Source: an uncultured archaeon (GTDB lineage Archaea > Asgardarchaeota > Lokiarchaeia > Sigyniarchaeales > Promethearchaeaceae). From it: 11,266 bases of DNA. Under the pieces are notes generated by a model that worked only from the letters and a program-made list of their open reading frames with translations, ran no database searches and was not told the DNA's origin. The stretch covers positions 1-11,266 of the forward strand of contig CAYRPF010000065.1 in assembly GCA_964426185.1 (NCBI GenBank), written 5' to 3'. Shown piece after piece: positions 1 to 8,603 of this stretch; the first letter of the stretch is position 1; each line of letters opens with the position of its first letter. Both the position numbers and the translations under genes were made by a program.

Positions 1-16
1 AAATAAAAATAGAATT

Positions 17-694
17 CTAATTTCCTACTTCACTTAATATCTGGGGAATTAATTGCTCAAAATTTGAATTTTCGTTAATTCCCTCATTTTCATCCGTGCT
101 TTTTACCACGTTCAATATTACAATATCTGCTCCATTAAAATAAGCCGTTCGTACCCGTAAAGGAACTATTCCTCCTGCCACACTTATGAAAACATCATAT
201 TTGCTGCGAATTTTGGAGATATCTTTGTAGCGAATAATCGAACGAGCTACTGATTCCTCATCGCGACCCTTATGAATAACTACACAATCCGGTTTCATCT
301 TTAAAGGTTGCATTTTTTTGAGTGGATCAGAAACACCCAACATATCAATCATGGAGTAAACATTGCGCGCATTGCAAGCGGCAATAAATCGGTTTAAAGT
401 AGCAACAGGTGAAGATCCCATAGCAGTTACAGCACTGGCACCGGCATTTACAGCAAAATTTACTTCGTCGATAGCTCCGTCTGTTACTTTCAAATCAGCC
501 ACTACAACACCGCGCCACATTCGTCGAATTAAATTTATTCCACGAGTGCCTTCTCGTTTAATAAACGGTGTTCCCGCTTCTATCCAAATACGCGGGTCAT
601 ATCGGATCCTGGGAAGAATTCTCCTTACTTGCTGGATGGTTCCATTGAACGCTATTTGAATGTATCTTTGATTGGGGGTCAAGCCTTGAGGCAT
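17..694 (-). CDS. 3-hexulose-6-phosphate synthase-like protein (OMPDC/HUMPS TIM-barrel family, resembles the archaeal Fae-Hps C-terminal domain)
   Basis: 225 aa with family motifs IEAGTP, ADLKVTD, IDML, PDCVVIHKGRDEE and VAGGI. A GGAGG Shine-Dalgarno-like sequence lies in the 15-nt gap after the slipin stop. Confidence 0.85.
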   Translation of the reverse strand: MPQGLTPNQRYIQIAFNGTIQQVRRILPRIRYDPRIWIEAGTPFIKREGTRGINLIRRMWRGVVVADLKVTDGAIDEVNFAVNAGASAVTAMGSSPVATLNRFIAACNARNVYSMIDMLGVSDPLKKMQPLKMKPDCVVIHKGRDEESVARSIIRYKDISKIRSKYDVFISVAGGIVPLRVRTAYFNGADIVILNVVKSTDENEGINENSNFEQLIPQILSEVGN

Positions 695-709
695 AAATTC
701 CCCTCCTTC

Positions 710-1483
710 CTATGGTTTAAAAGTTTTTACCAATGCATCTTTCACGGCAGAATTCTCTGTCGGCATGAAAATGACTATCTTCTCTGAAGGATCTTGTGCA
801 ATATCCCGAATTGTCTGATATGCTCGCAACTGCAAGGCTCCGGGTGTTTTTGCCATCACCTCTGCAGCTTCTGCTAATTTCTTGGCGGCTAAAAATTCCC
901 CATCAGCCTTGATGATGGCTGCCCGTTTGTCCCTTTCCGCCTCAGCTTGCTTGGCAAAAGCCCGCTTCATTTCGGCTGGTAATTCCATTTCTTGGATTTT
1001 TATCCCACGAATGTCAATTCCCCATTCACTTGTCTCCTTATCTACTGTGTTTTTTATATCAAGGGCAATTTTATCCCGATTCTGTAAGATTTCATCCAGA
1101 TTCATTGTTCCCATAACATCGCGCAACGCAGCTTGAGTATATTGTCGCACTGCGTAAACAAAATTCTCGATTTTAATAACTGAATCTTCGGGGCGTTCGA
1201 CTTTGAAATAAACTACAGTATTTGCCAGAACTGGAATATTATCTACAGTCATTACCTCTTGTCGAGGAATATCTTGGGTGATTATTCTCAAATCAACCTT
1301 TCGACCGCTTTCCAAAATCGGAATGATATAAATTAATCCAGGTCCGACTGTTCGCTTGTATCTTCCCAATCGGAAAATTACAATGCGTTCGTATTCTACA
1401 CACATCTTTAACCCTGAAAGCAAAATGCACAGGGCAAAGAATAAAATAACTCCGAGAATTATAAAAACTGTTTCTGCTCCCAT
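710..1483 (-). CDS. SPFH domain / stomatin-like (slipin, Band 7) membrane protein
   Basis: N-terminal hydrophobic helix, EYERIVIFRLG, VDLR, DIPRQEVMTVDN, WGIDI, coiled-coil AKQAEAERDKRA and C-terminal ALQLRAYQTI. GTGAGGT RBS on the minus strand at 1492-1498. Confidence 0.95.
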   Translation of the reverse strand: MGAETVFIILGVILFFALCILLSGLKMCVEYERIVIFRLGRYKRTVGPGLIYIIPILESGRKVDLRIITQDIPRQEVMTVDNIPVLANTVVYFKVERPEDSVIKIENFVYAVRQYTQAALRDVMGTMNLDEILQNRDKIALDIKNTVDKETSEWGIDIRGIKIQEMELPAEMKRAFAKQAEAERDKRAAIIKADGEFLAAKKLAEAAEVMAKTPGALQLRAYQTIRDIAQDPSEKIVIFMPTENSAVKDALVKTFKP

Positions 1484-1759
1484 AATTTTTTACCTCACTT
1501 AAATTCACTTCATTCGGAAAAATTTCTATAACCATAAATGGGAAAATCAAACATGGTACAATCCCACGAAGTTAGAAATTTATCCGATGGTGAATATTGG
1601 ATAGATCCATCCTTTATAATTAATTTGGCTGCTTTATAAATGGTGATCAATTTTGCTCAATTTTTGGGAAAAAAAGAAAGTTAATTATAGATTAAGAAAG
1701 AATGAAAAGTAACCAAGAAATTTTTTAGCAATTAATGTGAAGAAATAACAGGTGTTGAA

Positions 1760-2677
1760 ATGAAAAGATACGATGCCACAAAACCCCGACATTTACCCCG
1801 ATTTCGTCTGATTGAACCGCACGTAATGCGTACAAGGGATGAATCCGTGGGTTACTTTCGAAATTCTTTGAATTTAACAAAGACCCTTCCTTTTATTGAA
1901 AAATATAATCGGGATCACAATTTTGATAAGGACACACGATTAACCCTATTTCATATAATTTTGTGTGCAACAGCGCGTACTTTTGCTTTATATCCACATT
2001 TGAATCGCTTTATTTCTGGTCGAAAATATTGGCAGCACAATCGACTTCAATTTTCATTTGTGGTAAAGAAAAAGCTGAAAGCCTATGCAAAAGAGACTTT
2101 TGCCAAAATCGATTTCGATCCTTTCGATACCCTAGAGATTGTCCGCAAAAGGGTTCACGCTTTTATTTATGAAGCCCGATCGGATAAAGGTAACGAAACT
2201 GAAAAGGAAATCGATGATTGGGGTAAATATCCTCGCTGGTTGTTGATGTTAGCCACAAAACTTTTTCGTACCTTAGAATTTTTTGGTAAACCGATTAAAA
2301 GCTTAACTAAGCCAGATCCTTTGTATTGTAGTGTAATTTTTGCAAATTTGGGGTCGGTTGGATTACCCGCTCCCTATCATCATATTTTTGAATGGGGTAA
2401 TGCAAGTTGGTTTATCACGGTGGGAAAAATCTATAAAAAACCCGTAGTAAATGAAGCAGGCGAAATAGTGGCACAAGATACAGTAGATTTAGGGATTACA
2501 TTGGATGAAAGGATCAGTGAAGGGCTATATTACGCTTTAGGTTTAAAGGCTATAACAGATTTCATTGAAAATCCCGAAAAATTGATTTCTCCACCCGAAA
2601 TTCCTGAGGAGAATTTATTAGAATTGGCTCTATTAGATCGCGAAAAGCGTTTAGGTAAATGGGATAAATTCATGTAG
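1760..2677 (+). CDS. Stand-alone 2-oxoacid dehydrogenase E2-like acyltransferase catalytic domain (no lipoyl or E3-binding domain)
   Basis: 305 aa with YPHLNR, ANLGSVG, ITVGKI and C-terminal TLDERISEG, which aligns with the DHRxxDG motif. AGGTG RBS upstream; T9 run downstream. Confidence 0.8.
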   Translation: MKRYDATKPRHLPRFRLIEPHVMRTRDESVGYFRNSLNLTKTLPFIEKYNRDHNFDKDTRLTLFHIILCATARTFALYPHLNRFISGRKYWQHNRLQFSFVVKKKLKAYAKETFAKIDFDPFDTLEIVRKRVHAFIYEARSDKGNETEKEIDDWGKYPRWLLMLATKLFRTLEFFGKPIKSLTKPDPLYCSVIFANLGSVGLPAPYHHIFEWGNASWFITVGKIYKKPVVNEAGEIVAQDTVDLGITLDERISEGLYYALGLKAITDFIENPEKLISPPEIPEENLLELALLDREKRLGKWDKFM

Positions 2678-2697
2678 GAATTTACTGAAGAAAATTC

Positions 2698-2706
2698 TTT
2701 TTTTTT
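2698..2706 (+). terminator. Oligo-T archaeal-type terminator candidate for the E2-like gene
   Basis: T9 run beginning 21 nt after the TAG stop, within a pyrimidine-rich tract. Confidence 0.5.
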
Positions 2707-2752
2707 CATTTTCACCATTTTATATCTAAAATTCCTTTTTCGCTAATTTGTA

Positions 2753-2779
2753 GTAGTATTGAATGATTTGATATACTAC
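2753..2779 (+). promoter_or_regulatory. Candidate K-loop hairpin (possible L7Ae site)
   Basis: Perfect 7-bp stem GTAGTAT/ATACTAC, then a U.U pair, tandem G.A/A.G pairs and a 7-nt loop ATGATTT. TTTTATAT lies at 2718-2725 upstream. Confidence 0.35.
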
Positions 2780-2820
2780 CATGCACCAAAGGGTTAACCG
2801 TAAAATAGTATTACAATGTA

Positions 2821-2922
2821 ATGGTTGAACATATTGGATTACGGGATGCGATCATGTTCTCAATCAAGCTAAGTGCAATTTTTGGTAAATATTTATTGAA
2901 GTTAATCGTAGAAAAGATTTAG
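2821..2922 (+). CDS. Candidate 33-aa small protein MVEHIGLRDAIMFSIKLSAIFGKYLLKLIVEKI
   Basis: ATG-TAG ORF translated by hand; hydrophobic/basic helical composition. No clear RBS and no recognised homology. Confidence 0.25.
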   Translation: MVEHIGLRDAIMFSIKLSAIFGKYLLKLIVEKI

Positions 2923-2933
2923 TAAAAAAGGGA

Positions 2934-3020
2934 TTAACTTAATGAAATTTGGATTTCTTCCATAATAGATATCCAATTTCTGAAATAATTACGAATAAAT
3001 GCGATGATTTGTTCAAACAT
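2934..3020 (-). CDS. Candidate 28-aa amphipathic small protein MFEQIIAFIRNYFRNWISIMEEIQISLS
   Basis: ATG-TAA ORF with GTGAT (SD-like) just upstream, BRE/TATA-like CGATAAA-CTTATAAAG at 3052-3067 (minus) and a T6 tract just after the stop. Hydrophobic residues show helical periodicity. Confidence 0.4.
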   Translation of the reverse strand: MFEQIIAFIRNYFRNWISIMEEIQISLS

Positions 3021-3051
3021 GATTATCACTAAACTCTAAGGGAAAATACAT

Positions 3052-3067
3052 CTTTATAAGTTTATCG
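3052..3067 (-). promoter_or_regulatory. BRE/TATA-like promoter for the 28-aa ORF
   Basis: Minus strand reads CGATAAA CTTATAAAG, with the TATA 32-40 nt upstream of the ATG at 3020. Confidence 0.4.
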
Positions 3068-3254
3068 CAGTATTTTTCATGTTTTTCATGAAAAAAGCGC
3101 CAAATCCAGTTGAATTGTTTATAAGGTTTCAAATTTTAGATAGAAGAAAGTTTAATTAAAAGAAATTTTGAATAAACAAAAATGTCTTTGATGGATACAT
3201 ATATTATTCACAAATCAATTGTTCTGTCGAGAAAAAAGAGAAATGCTTTGAATT

Positions 3255-3824
3255 TTAGAAATTGGGCTTCCAAATACCTCGTTGAAAGAATTCATATATT
3301 ATTTCGGCTTCATGTAAAGCATCATCATATGCACGATGGATTTCAGTATAGTAAGTGTAATCCAAAAAAAGAAATCCCCAACATTCTTGGACACTTGGCC
3401 ATTTATACTCGGTTCCCTCAATTCGTGGGGGCAATTTAAAATATGGTGTTGCTTCTATCATAGGACATGGAAGCTCTCGGGGAATTTTTATTCCCTTGGC
3501 TTTCAAAAAACCGAAATCAAAAGCTTTATTGTACGTGGTAGCAGGAAATTTATTAAGGATTCGTTGAATTTTCGGGGCAACTTCATCCCAAGTGGGCGCT
3601 GCGAGTATTTTCTTAACGGTTAAAGTCGAATTTTGGAAAATCCAGCAATTTTCCAAGCGATCTGCCTCAAAACGAGTTAAAAATTCTGGTTCTTTACATA
3701 GAGAATCGAAAAGCTTGGAGATAAAATGTGTTTTTAAATCAAGCATAGCAATACCAATTTCGATTATTGTGCCATTCCGTGGAGTTGTTCCAGTTGTTTC
3801 AATATCCAAAACCGCAATTTGCAT
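3255..3824 (-). CDS. DEDDh (DnaQ-like) 3'-5' exonuclease
   Basis: ExoI LDIETTG, IIEIGI, ExoII YNKAFDFGFL and ExoIII HRAYDDA are all intact. Confidence 0.92.
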   Translation of the reverse strand: MQIAVLDIETTGTTPRNGTIIEIGIAMLDLKTHFISKLFDSLCKEPEFLTRFEADRLENCWIFQNSTLTVKKILAAPTWDEVAPKIQRILNKFPATTYNKAFDFGFLKAKGIKIPRELPCPMIEATPYFKLPPRIEGTEYKWPSVQECWGFLFLDYTYYTEIHRAYDDALHEAEIIYEFFQRGIWKPNF

Positions 3825-4110
3825 AAGATTGTTAAACCTTTACAGTGCTATCCAAAGGAGAAAAACTCATTGTCAGGGTTAAGTAGAAAGATAACCCCCA
3901 ATAGGATGATAAACAGAAATGCATAACATAAAAAATCCTTGCAGAAATTTCTTTCACTCATTATAATTCATCCAAAATTGTAGGGGAAGGATTCCTTTAA
4001 AAAAATTATAGAAAATTTCTCCACCGATTATTTTCCCCAAAATTTAATTTTTCAGTATTTGAAAAATAGTTAAAATTATTTTTATAAGGAGAGTTCTCTA
4101 AGAAGAAATC

Positions 4111-5832
4111 ATGCTGTTACTTAACCCACATAAGCTTGATCGCTTCTATCCAGATGAAATTTCCAAGCAAATCATGGAAAAAACCGTCCAATGGTTTGAA
4201 AATAAAGGAAAAATCAATCTATTAAACGATGACTTTGAAAGAGTCTGGTATCAAGATTTTCTGGATTTTCTTAAAGAAAACAAAATCTTTTACAAATTAT
4301 TAACCCCGGCTAAATATGGAGATGGTTCTACCAGGTGGGATACTTGGAGGAATTGCGAATTCAATGAAATTCTTGCCTTTTACGGCTTACATTACTGGTA
4401 TACTTGGCAAGTAACAATTTTAGGTTTGGGACCAATTTTCCTAAGCAAGAATGAAAAAGTGAAAAAAGAAACCGTCAGTTTGCTGAAAGAAGGAGGAATA
4501 TTTGCCTTTGGTCTTTCGGAAAAAGAACACGGAGCAGATATTTATAGTTCCGACATGATTCTCACAAAACACGGAGAGAATACCTACACTGCCAAAGGTT
4601 CTAAATATTATATCGGAAACGGAAATAAGGCTTCATTTGTCTCCGTTTTTGGTAAATCAAAACCTCCATTTTATCCCGAAGATAAGAAATACGGCAGTTA
4701 TGCCTTTTTTGTAGTAAAGACAGACCATGAAAAATATGAATTGGTCAGAAATTTGGTGGCTGTGAGCAGTTACGTGGCAGAATATCGTCTAAATGATTAT
4801 CCTATCACCGAAGATGAAATATTGGCTAAAGGTAGGGAGGCGTGGGATATGGCATTAAATACCGTAAACATTGGTAAGTTTAATCTCGGATTTGCTTCGA
4901 TTGGTATTGCTACCCATGCTTTTTATGAGGCTATTATTCATGCCAGTCATCGAATTCTATATGGAAAAGCCGTAACCGAATTTCCCCACATTCAATCCTT
5001 CTTTGTGGAAGCCTACTGTCGTTTGGTTTCGATGAAATTGTTTGCCCTGCGAGCGGCCGATTATTTCCGAGTTGCCACGCCGGAAGATAGACGTTATCTT
5101 CTTTATAACCCTATGGTTAAAATGTGGGTTACCCTGCAAGGAGAAGAAGTGATTGATTTGCTTTGGGATATCATTGCGGCTAAAGGATTTGAGAAAACTA
5201 CCTATTTTTCGTTAGCTACACGTGATATACGTGCTCTACCAAAGTTGGAAGGAACTGTCCATGTGAATATGGCTTTGGTTTTGAAATTCATGAAAAATTA
5301 CTTCTTTAATCATGCCGAATTTGAAGAAGTTCCCCAAGTTTCCGAGCCGAAAAACGATGATTTCTTGTTCGAACAACCTCCGGCTAAGAATTTGGGAAAG
5401 ATTCGATTTCATGATTATAGAAAAGTTTACAATATGTTTAATCTTCCCAACGTGAACCGTTTTAAGCGAAATATCAAATGGTTGAAACTTTTATTGATCG
5501 TGGCACCTCCTACTAAAGCGCAATCTCGGGATTTTGATTTTCTCTTGAATTTGGGCAAGCTGTTCACCTTGGTGATTTACGGGCAGTTAATTTTAGAGAA
5601 TACTAAGTATTACAAAATCTCCGATGATTTGTTAGAAGAAATATTTGATGTGCTTATTCGAGATTTTGCAAAATACGCCTTAGTATTGAAGAGTAAACCG
5701 CAATGTTCATGGAAACAGCGCTGGTTCTGCAGCCGGATGCTGTGCCGTCCAAAAGCCAACCGTGAACGCTTCAAGAGAGTGTGGGAAAAAGAAGTTTTTA
5801 CCTTAAAGGATCTCTATGAAATGAATCCTTGA
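4111..5832 (+). CDS. Acyl-CoA dehydrogenase family flavoprotein
   Basis: 573 aa with FAFGLSEKEHGAD, KGSKYYIGNG, ALNTVNIGKF and catalytic-Glu motif LPKLEGT. TTTATAAG about 25 nt upstream of the ATG suggests a leaderless transcript. Confidence 0.95.
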   Translation: MLLLNPHKLDRFYPDEISKQIMEKTVQWFENKGKINLLNDDFERVWYQDFLDFLKENKIFYKLLTPAKYGDGSTRWDTWRNCEFNEILAFYGLHYWYTWQVTILGLGPIFLSKNEKVKKETVSLLKEGGIFAFGLSEKEHGADIYSSDMILTKHGENTYTAKGSKYYIGNGNKASFVSVFGKSKPPFYPEDKKYGSYAFFVVKTDHEKYELVRNLVAVSSYVAEYRLNDYPITEDEILAKGREAWDMALNTVNIGKFNLGFASIGIATHAFYEAIIHASHRILYGKAVTEFPHIQSFFVEAYCRLVSMKLFALRAADYFRVATPEDRRYLLYNPMVKMWVTLQGEEVIDLLWDIIAAKGFEKTTYFSLATRDIRALPKLEGTVHVNMALVLKFMKNYFFNHAEFEEVPQVSEPKNDDFLFEQPPAKNLGKIRFHDYRKVYNMFNLPNVNRFKRNIKWLKLLLIVAPPTKAQSRDFDFLLNLGKLFTLVIYGQLILENTKYYKISDDLLEEIFDVLIRDFAKYALVLKSKPQCSWKQRWFCSRMLCRPKANRERFKRVWEKEVFTLKDLYEMNP

Positions 5833-5855
5833 TCCTCAAATATTTCTGTTAAAAA

Positions 5856-5888
5856 TTTTTTCAATTTTTCTATTTTATTGCAAAAAAA
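5856..5888. terminator. Bidirectional oligo-T terminator region between convergent ACAD and vWA genes
   Basis: T6 at 5856-5861 with further T runs on plus, and A7 at 5882-5888 (T7 on minus). Confidence 0.45.
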
Positions 5889-5890
5889 GG

Positions 5891-8569
5891 TTAAAATCCT
5901 GCTCGATTGAATATATGAACGAAAAGTGAAGGCAGTATGTCGGTGGAAGGAACTATGTGATGTTCTACAGTAAGATATTCTTGAAAAATATTATAAATCT
6001 TTCTATCTAAGGGCTCCGTGTTTAAGATATGCATGCTTACATGAAAACGCTTTAAATTTTTTAATATCTGCCTTATTTTGGTGGGATCATCATCAAGAGC
6101 AAGATCAGAAAAGAGCAATATCAAATACCGATTGTTTATATCCCTCTCTTCAATTTGTTCCTTAAGATATTGAAGTGTACTTTCGATCTGGGTTCCTCCT
6201 TCAGCAACACAATCCAAAATTGACGCCACCAATTGATCGATAGGATAAGAATCTGAAAACTTCTTGATATTATACATGGCAGAATCAAAAAATGTTAGGT
6301 CGAAATCTTCTTTGGGTAAAAAATAAGTCATCATTGCGACAGCGTAGGTCGCGAAGGTTAATTTGTTTCCTTCCATAGATCCGGATTTATCTAAAATAAG
6401 AAGAACTTTTAGGGTATTTCCCCTATTACGTTGGCATAATATATCAGATGGTTGAATATATTTCGAGTTTTTCCCTTGTTCTATTAGATTATCCAGAGTT
6501 GCCTTAATTGATACATTTTCCATAGGATCTCCTGGGCGGTACGGCCGTAAATCTTGATTTGAAGGTTTAAATCCCTGTTTAATTCGTCCCATTTGGGATT
6601 TTACCATAAAAACTGCTTGATCGACCACAACTTGCTGCAAAATTTTATGTAAGTGGGTTTTAATTTTAGGATCAATTTGATCGCGAGAAAGATACCATTC
6701 TTTCAAGAGATTTTCCCCAGAAGCGCGCCGGATACCTTGGAAAAACAATGAATTTAAGCCAGGATCATTTTGTTGAGCCACATAATTGGCGGTTTCTTTA
6801 AGAGAATATTGGGATAATGCACTTAGAATGGATGAATTTTGCATTTTGTATCCATTTTGGATGAGTTCTTGAGTTTGTCGGGCATTGGGTTGATATTGCT
6901 GAAATTTTTGGGTATATGCCCCCAAATTATCCAAATTTTGAGAAATCATATCTTTTACTGCTTGATGAGGGGCTTGAAGAAGTGCTTCTAGATTTTTGGC
7001 ATCCATTCCCTTTTCCAAAGCCATTTGTTGGACTTTCTTTCGATCAAAAGGGATTTGCTCTCTAATAAATTCGGAGAGTTGGCTGGCAAACTCATCTGCA
7101 TTGCTTGAATTTTCTAAAATCTGTGAGGTTATTTTCTGAGTTAAGTTCTTCCTAAACTTTTCCAATTGATGCTTTTTTTCAAGAGTTACCGGCTTCTGCT
7201 TAGGAGGAGAAAGAATTTTAGAGAGAAAACTCTGCAGTTGAGATTGTGAGAGTGTGTTAAGGAAAGTTTTCTGATGTTCGGGAAGTAATTGTTTTTGTAT
7301 TTGAGAGATTGAACTTTTCTTTGAGAGTATAAATTCAGCCTGGAGTCGATTTTGAATTTTCGTAACTTGATCCGAAAGGGGATTTTTGCTTGTATGTTTG
7401 TATTCCTTATTGAATTGAGATTTGTTTGGGGTTTGAGATTTGTTTGGGAATTCAGATTTGTTTGAAATATGAGATTTTTCAAGATCTTGGATGCTGGACT
7501 GGAGTGAATTCAATATCTCCGATTGTTGGTCTGGGTTCAATTGGGTGATTTTGGATTCAATTACAGATAAATCCGCTGAAGAAAGATTATCAAGAAGGTT
7601 TTGGGGCGGTGCCCGAGACATTTCGCTTTCTTGGAGAAATTCCAGGTAATCTTCCCATTTCGTCAGCGATTGAAGCGTATCTTGAATCATCTTCTCCAAA
7701 ATTCGATCTTCAAGTTGTAAATTTTCCAAATTTCTCAATACAGCGCCTAGTTTTACCTGATTTTCTTTTCTCCTTTCCTTTTCTCTTTGCTCCTTCATCC
7801 TTCGGAGAGTTGTTGTATTCTTTCCGTTATCTGCATTCTTTTTGTTATCTACATTTTTTCCGTTATCCGTATTCCTTCGGTTCTTTGTATTCCTATGATC
7901 TTCTAAATTGCTTAGATTTTCCTTGTTTTTTTGGCTTTCTGGAATTACATTCTGTGGATATTGTTGCTTTAGTAGCTGTTTAAATCGATTCTGCAAATCT
8001 TCATAACGTTCTAACAGTGCATCCGAGTAAAGTTTCAAAGAAGGATCGGATATTTCTTCTAACTTTCCTTCTAATATACCGCGGCTGTGCAAGAATTGAA
8101 TATCCTTGAGAGATAAATCATTTTTTATGGATTCAAAAATCTCTTCTATCATCTTCAACGGATCTTTGAAGATTTCTTTATTTGCATGTAGTAGTTTATC
8201 TATGATATCAACCCGTTTTAAGTAATCTGCCCCAAAATTTTTCAAAGTTAACAATTGTTCGTATGAACTGTAGGTTATTACTTCACGTAAGGAGATTATT
8301 TTTTCATTCAAGGCACTCATCAAGAGTTCGTGGGCAATTTCGTAGGCTGCAGATTGATCTTCGAAAAAAGTGGTGTGAATACATGCTTCCAGCAAATCTT
8401 GAGCAGTAATTTTTTTTGTTCGCAGATATCGTGCAAAAAGAAATTGGTTGATTGAAGTTCCTTGCCGGATACTGGGTGGAGATTGGATAGAAGCATGTCT
8501 TCTCATACGTTGGATAAAAACAGAAATGAATTCTCCCAGATCCAGTGGTAACCCATAACTACCCATCAT
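5891..8569 (-). CDS. Large vWA (MIDAS) domain protein, MoxR partner; N-terminal AAA-lid-like segment and long helical/low-complexity linker
   Basis: C-terminal LILDKSGSM (DxSxS), GGT and LFSD MIDAS elements, preceded by RPYRPGD. Lies 34 nt downstream of the co-oriented MoxR gene. Confidence 0.9.
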   Translation of the reverse strand: MMGSYGLPLDLGEFISVFIQRMRRHASIQSPPSIRQGTSINQFLFARYLRTKKITAQDLLEACIHTTFFEDQSAAYEIAHELLMSALNEKIISLREVITYSSYEQLLTLKNFGADYLKRVDIIDKLLHANKEIFKDPLKMIEEIFESIKNDLSLKDIQFLHSRGILEGKLEEISDPSLKLYSDALLERYEDLQNRFKQLLKQQYPQNVIPESQKNKENLSNLEDHRNTKNRRNTDNGKNVDNKKNADNGKNTTTLRRMKEQREKERRKENQVKLGAVLRNLENLQLEDRILEKMIQDTLQSLTKWEDYLEFLQESEMSRAPPQNLLDNLSSADLSVIESKITQLNPDQQSEILNSLQSSIQDLEKSHISNKSEFPNKSQTPNKSQFNKEYKHTSKNPLSDQVTKIQNRLQAEFILSKKSSISQIQKQLLPEHQKTFLNTLSQSQLQSFLSKILSPPKQKPVTLEKKHQLEKFRKNLTQKITSQILENSSNADEFASQLSEFIREQIPFDRKKVQQMALEKGMDAKNLEALLQAPHQAVKDMISQNLDNLGAYTQKFQQYQPNARQTQELIQNGYKMQNSSILSALSQYSLKETANYVAQQNDPGLNSLFFQGIRRASGENLLKEWYLSRDQIDPKIKTHLHKILQQVVVDQAVFMVKSQMGRIKQGFKPSNQDLRPYRPGDPMENVSIKATLDNLIEQGKNSKYIQPSDILCQRNRGNTLKVLLILDKSGSMEGNKLTFATYAVAMMTYFLPKEDFDLTFFDSAMYNIKKFSDSYPIDQLVASILDCVAEGGTQIESTLQYLKEQIEERDINNRYLILLFSDLALDDDPTKIRQILKNLKRFHVSMHILNTEPLDRKIYNIFQEYLTVEHHIVPSTDILPSLFVHIFNRAGF
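7417..7470. repeat. 3 x 18-nt in-frame tandem repeat within the vWA gene
   Basis: Units gagatttgtttggggttt / gagatttgtttgggaatt / cagatttgtttgaaatat; encode (H)ISNKSEFPNKSQTPNKS. Confidence 0.85.
7818..7889. repeat. 4 x 18-nt degenerate in-frame tandem repeat within the vWA gene
   Basis: Units ttctttccgttatctgca / ttctttttgttatctaca / ttttttccgttatccgta / ttccttcggttctttgta; encode TKNRRN-TDNGKN-VDNKKN-ADNGKN. Confidence 0.85.
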
Positions 8570-8603
8570 TTTGCGCCTGTTACTTTTTTCCTTATTTTTA
8601 CCG

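Noticed and set aside
2753-2779. Hairpin as a SECIS element or H/ACA guide RNA
   Set aside because: No upper helix or apical A loop for SECIS and no in-frame TGA in neighbouring genes; no correctly placed ACA tail.
3182-3439. 85-aa plus-strand ORF preceded by a promoter-like AGAAAGTTTAATTA
   Set aside because: Overlaps the exonuclease antisense by 185 nt and has no recognisable motif. An antisense transcript cannot be excluded but is unsupported.
7417-7889. Repeats as a possible CRISPR array
   Set aside because: Units are contiguous with no spacers, in frame within a CDS, and no cas genes are present.
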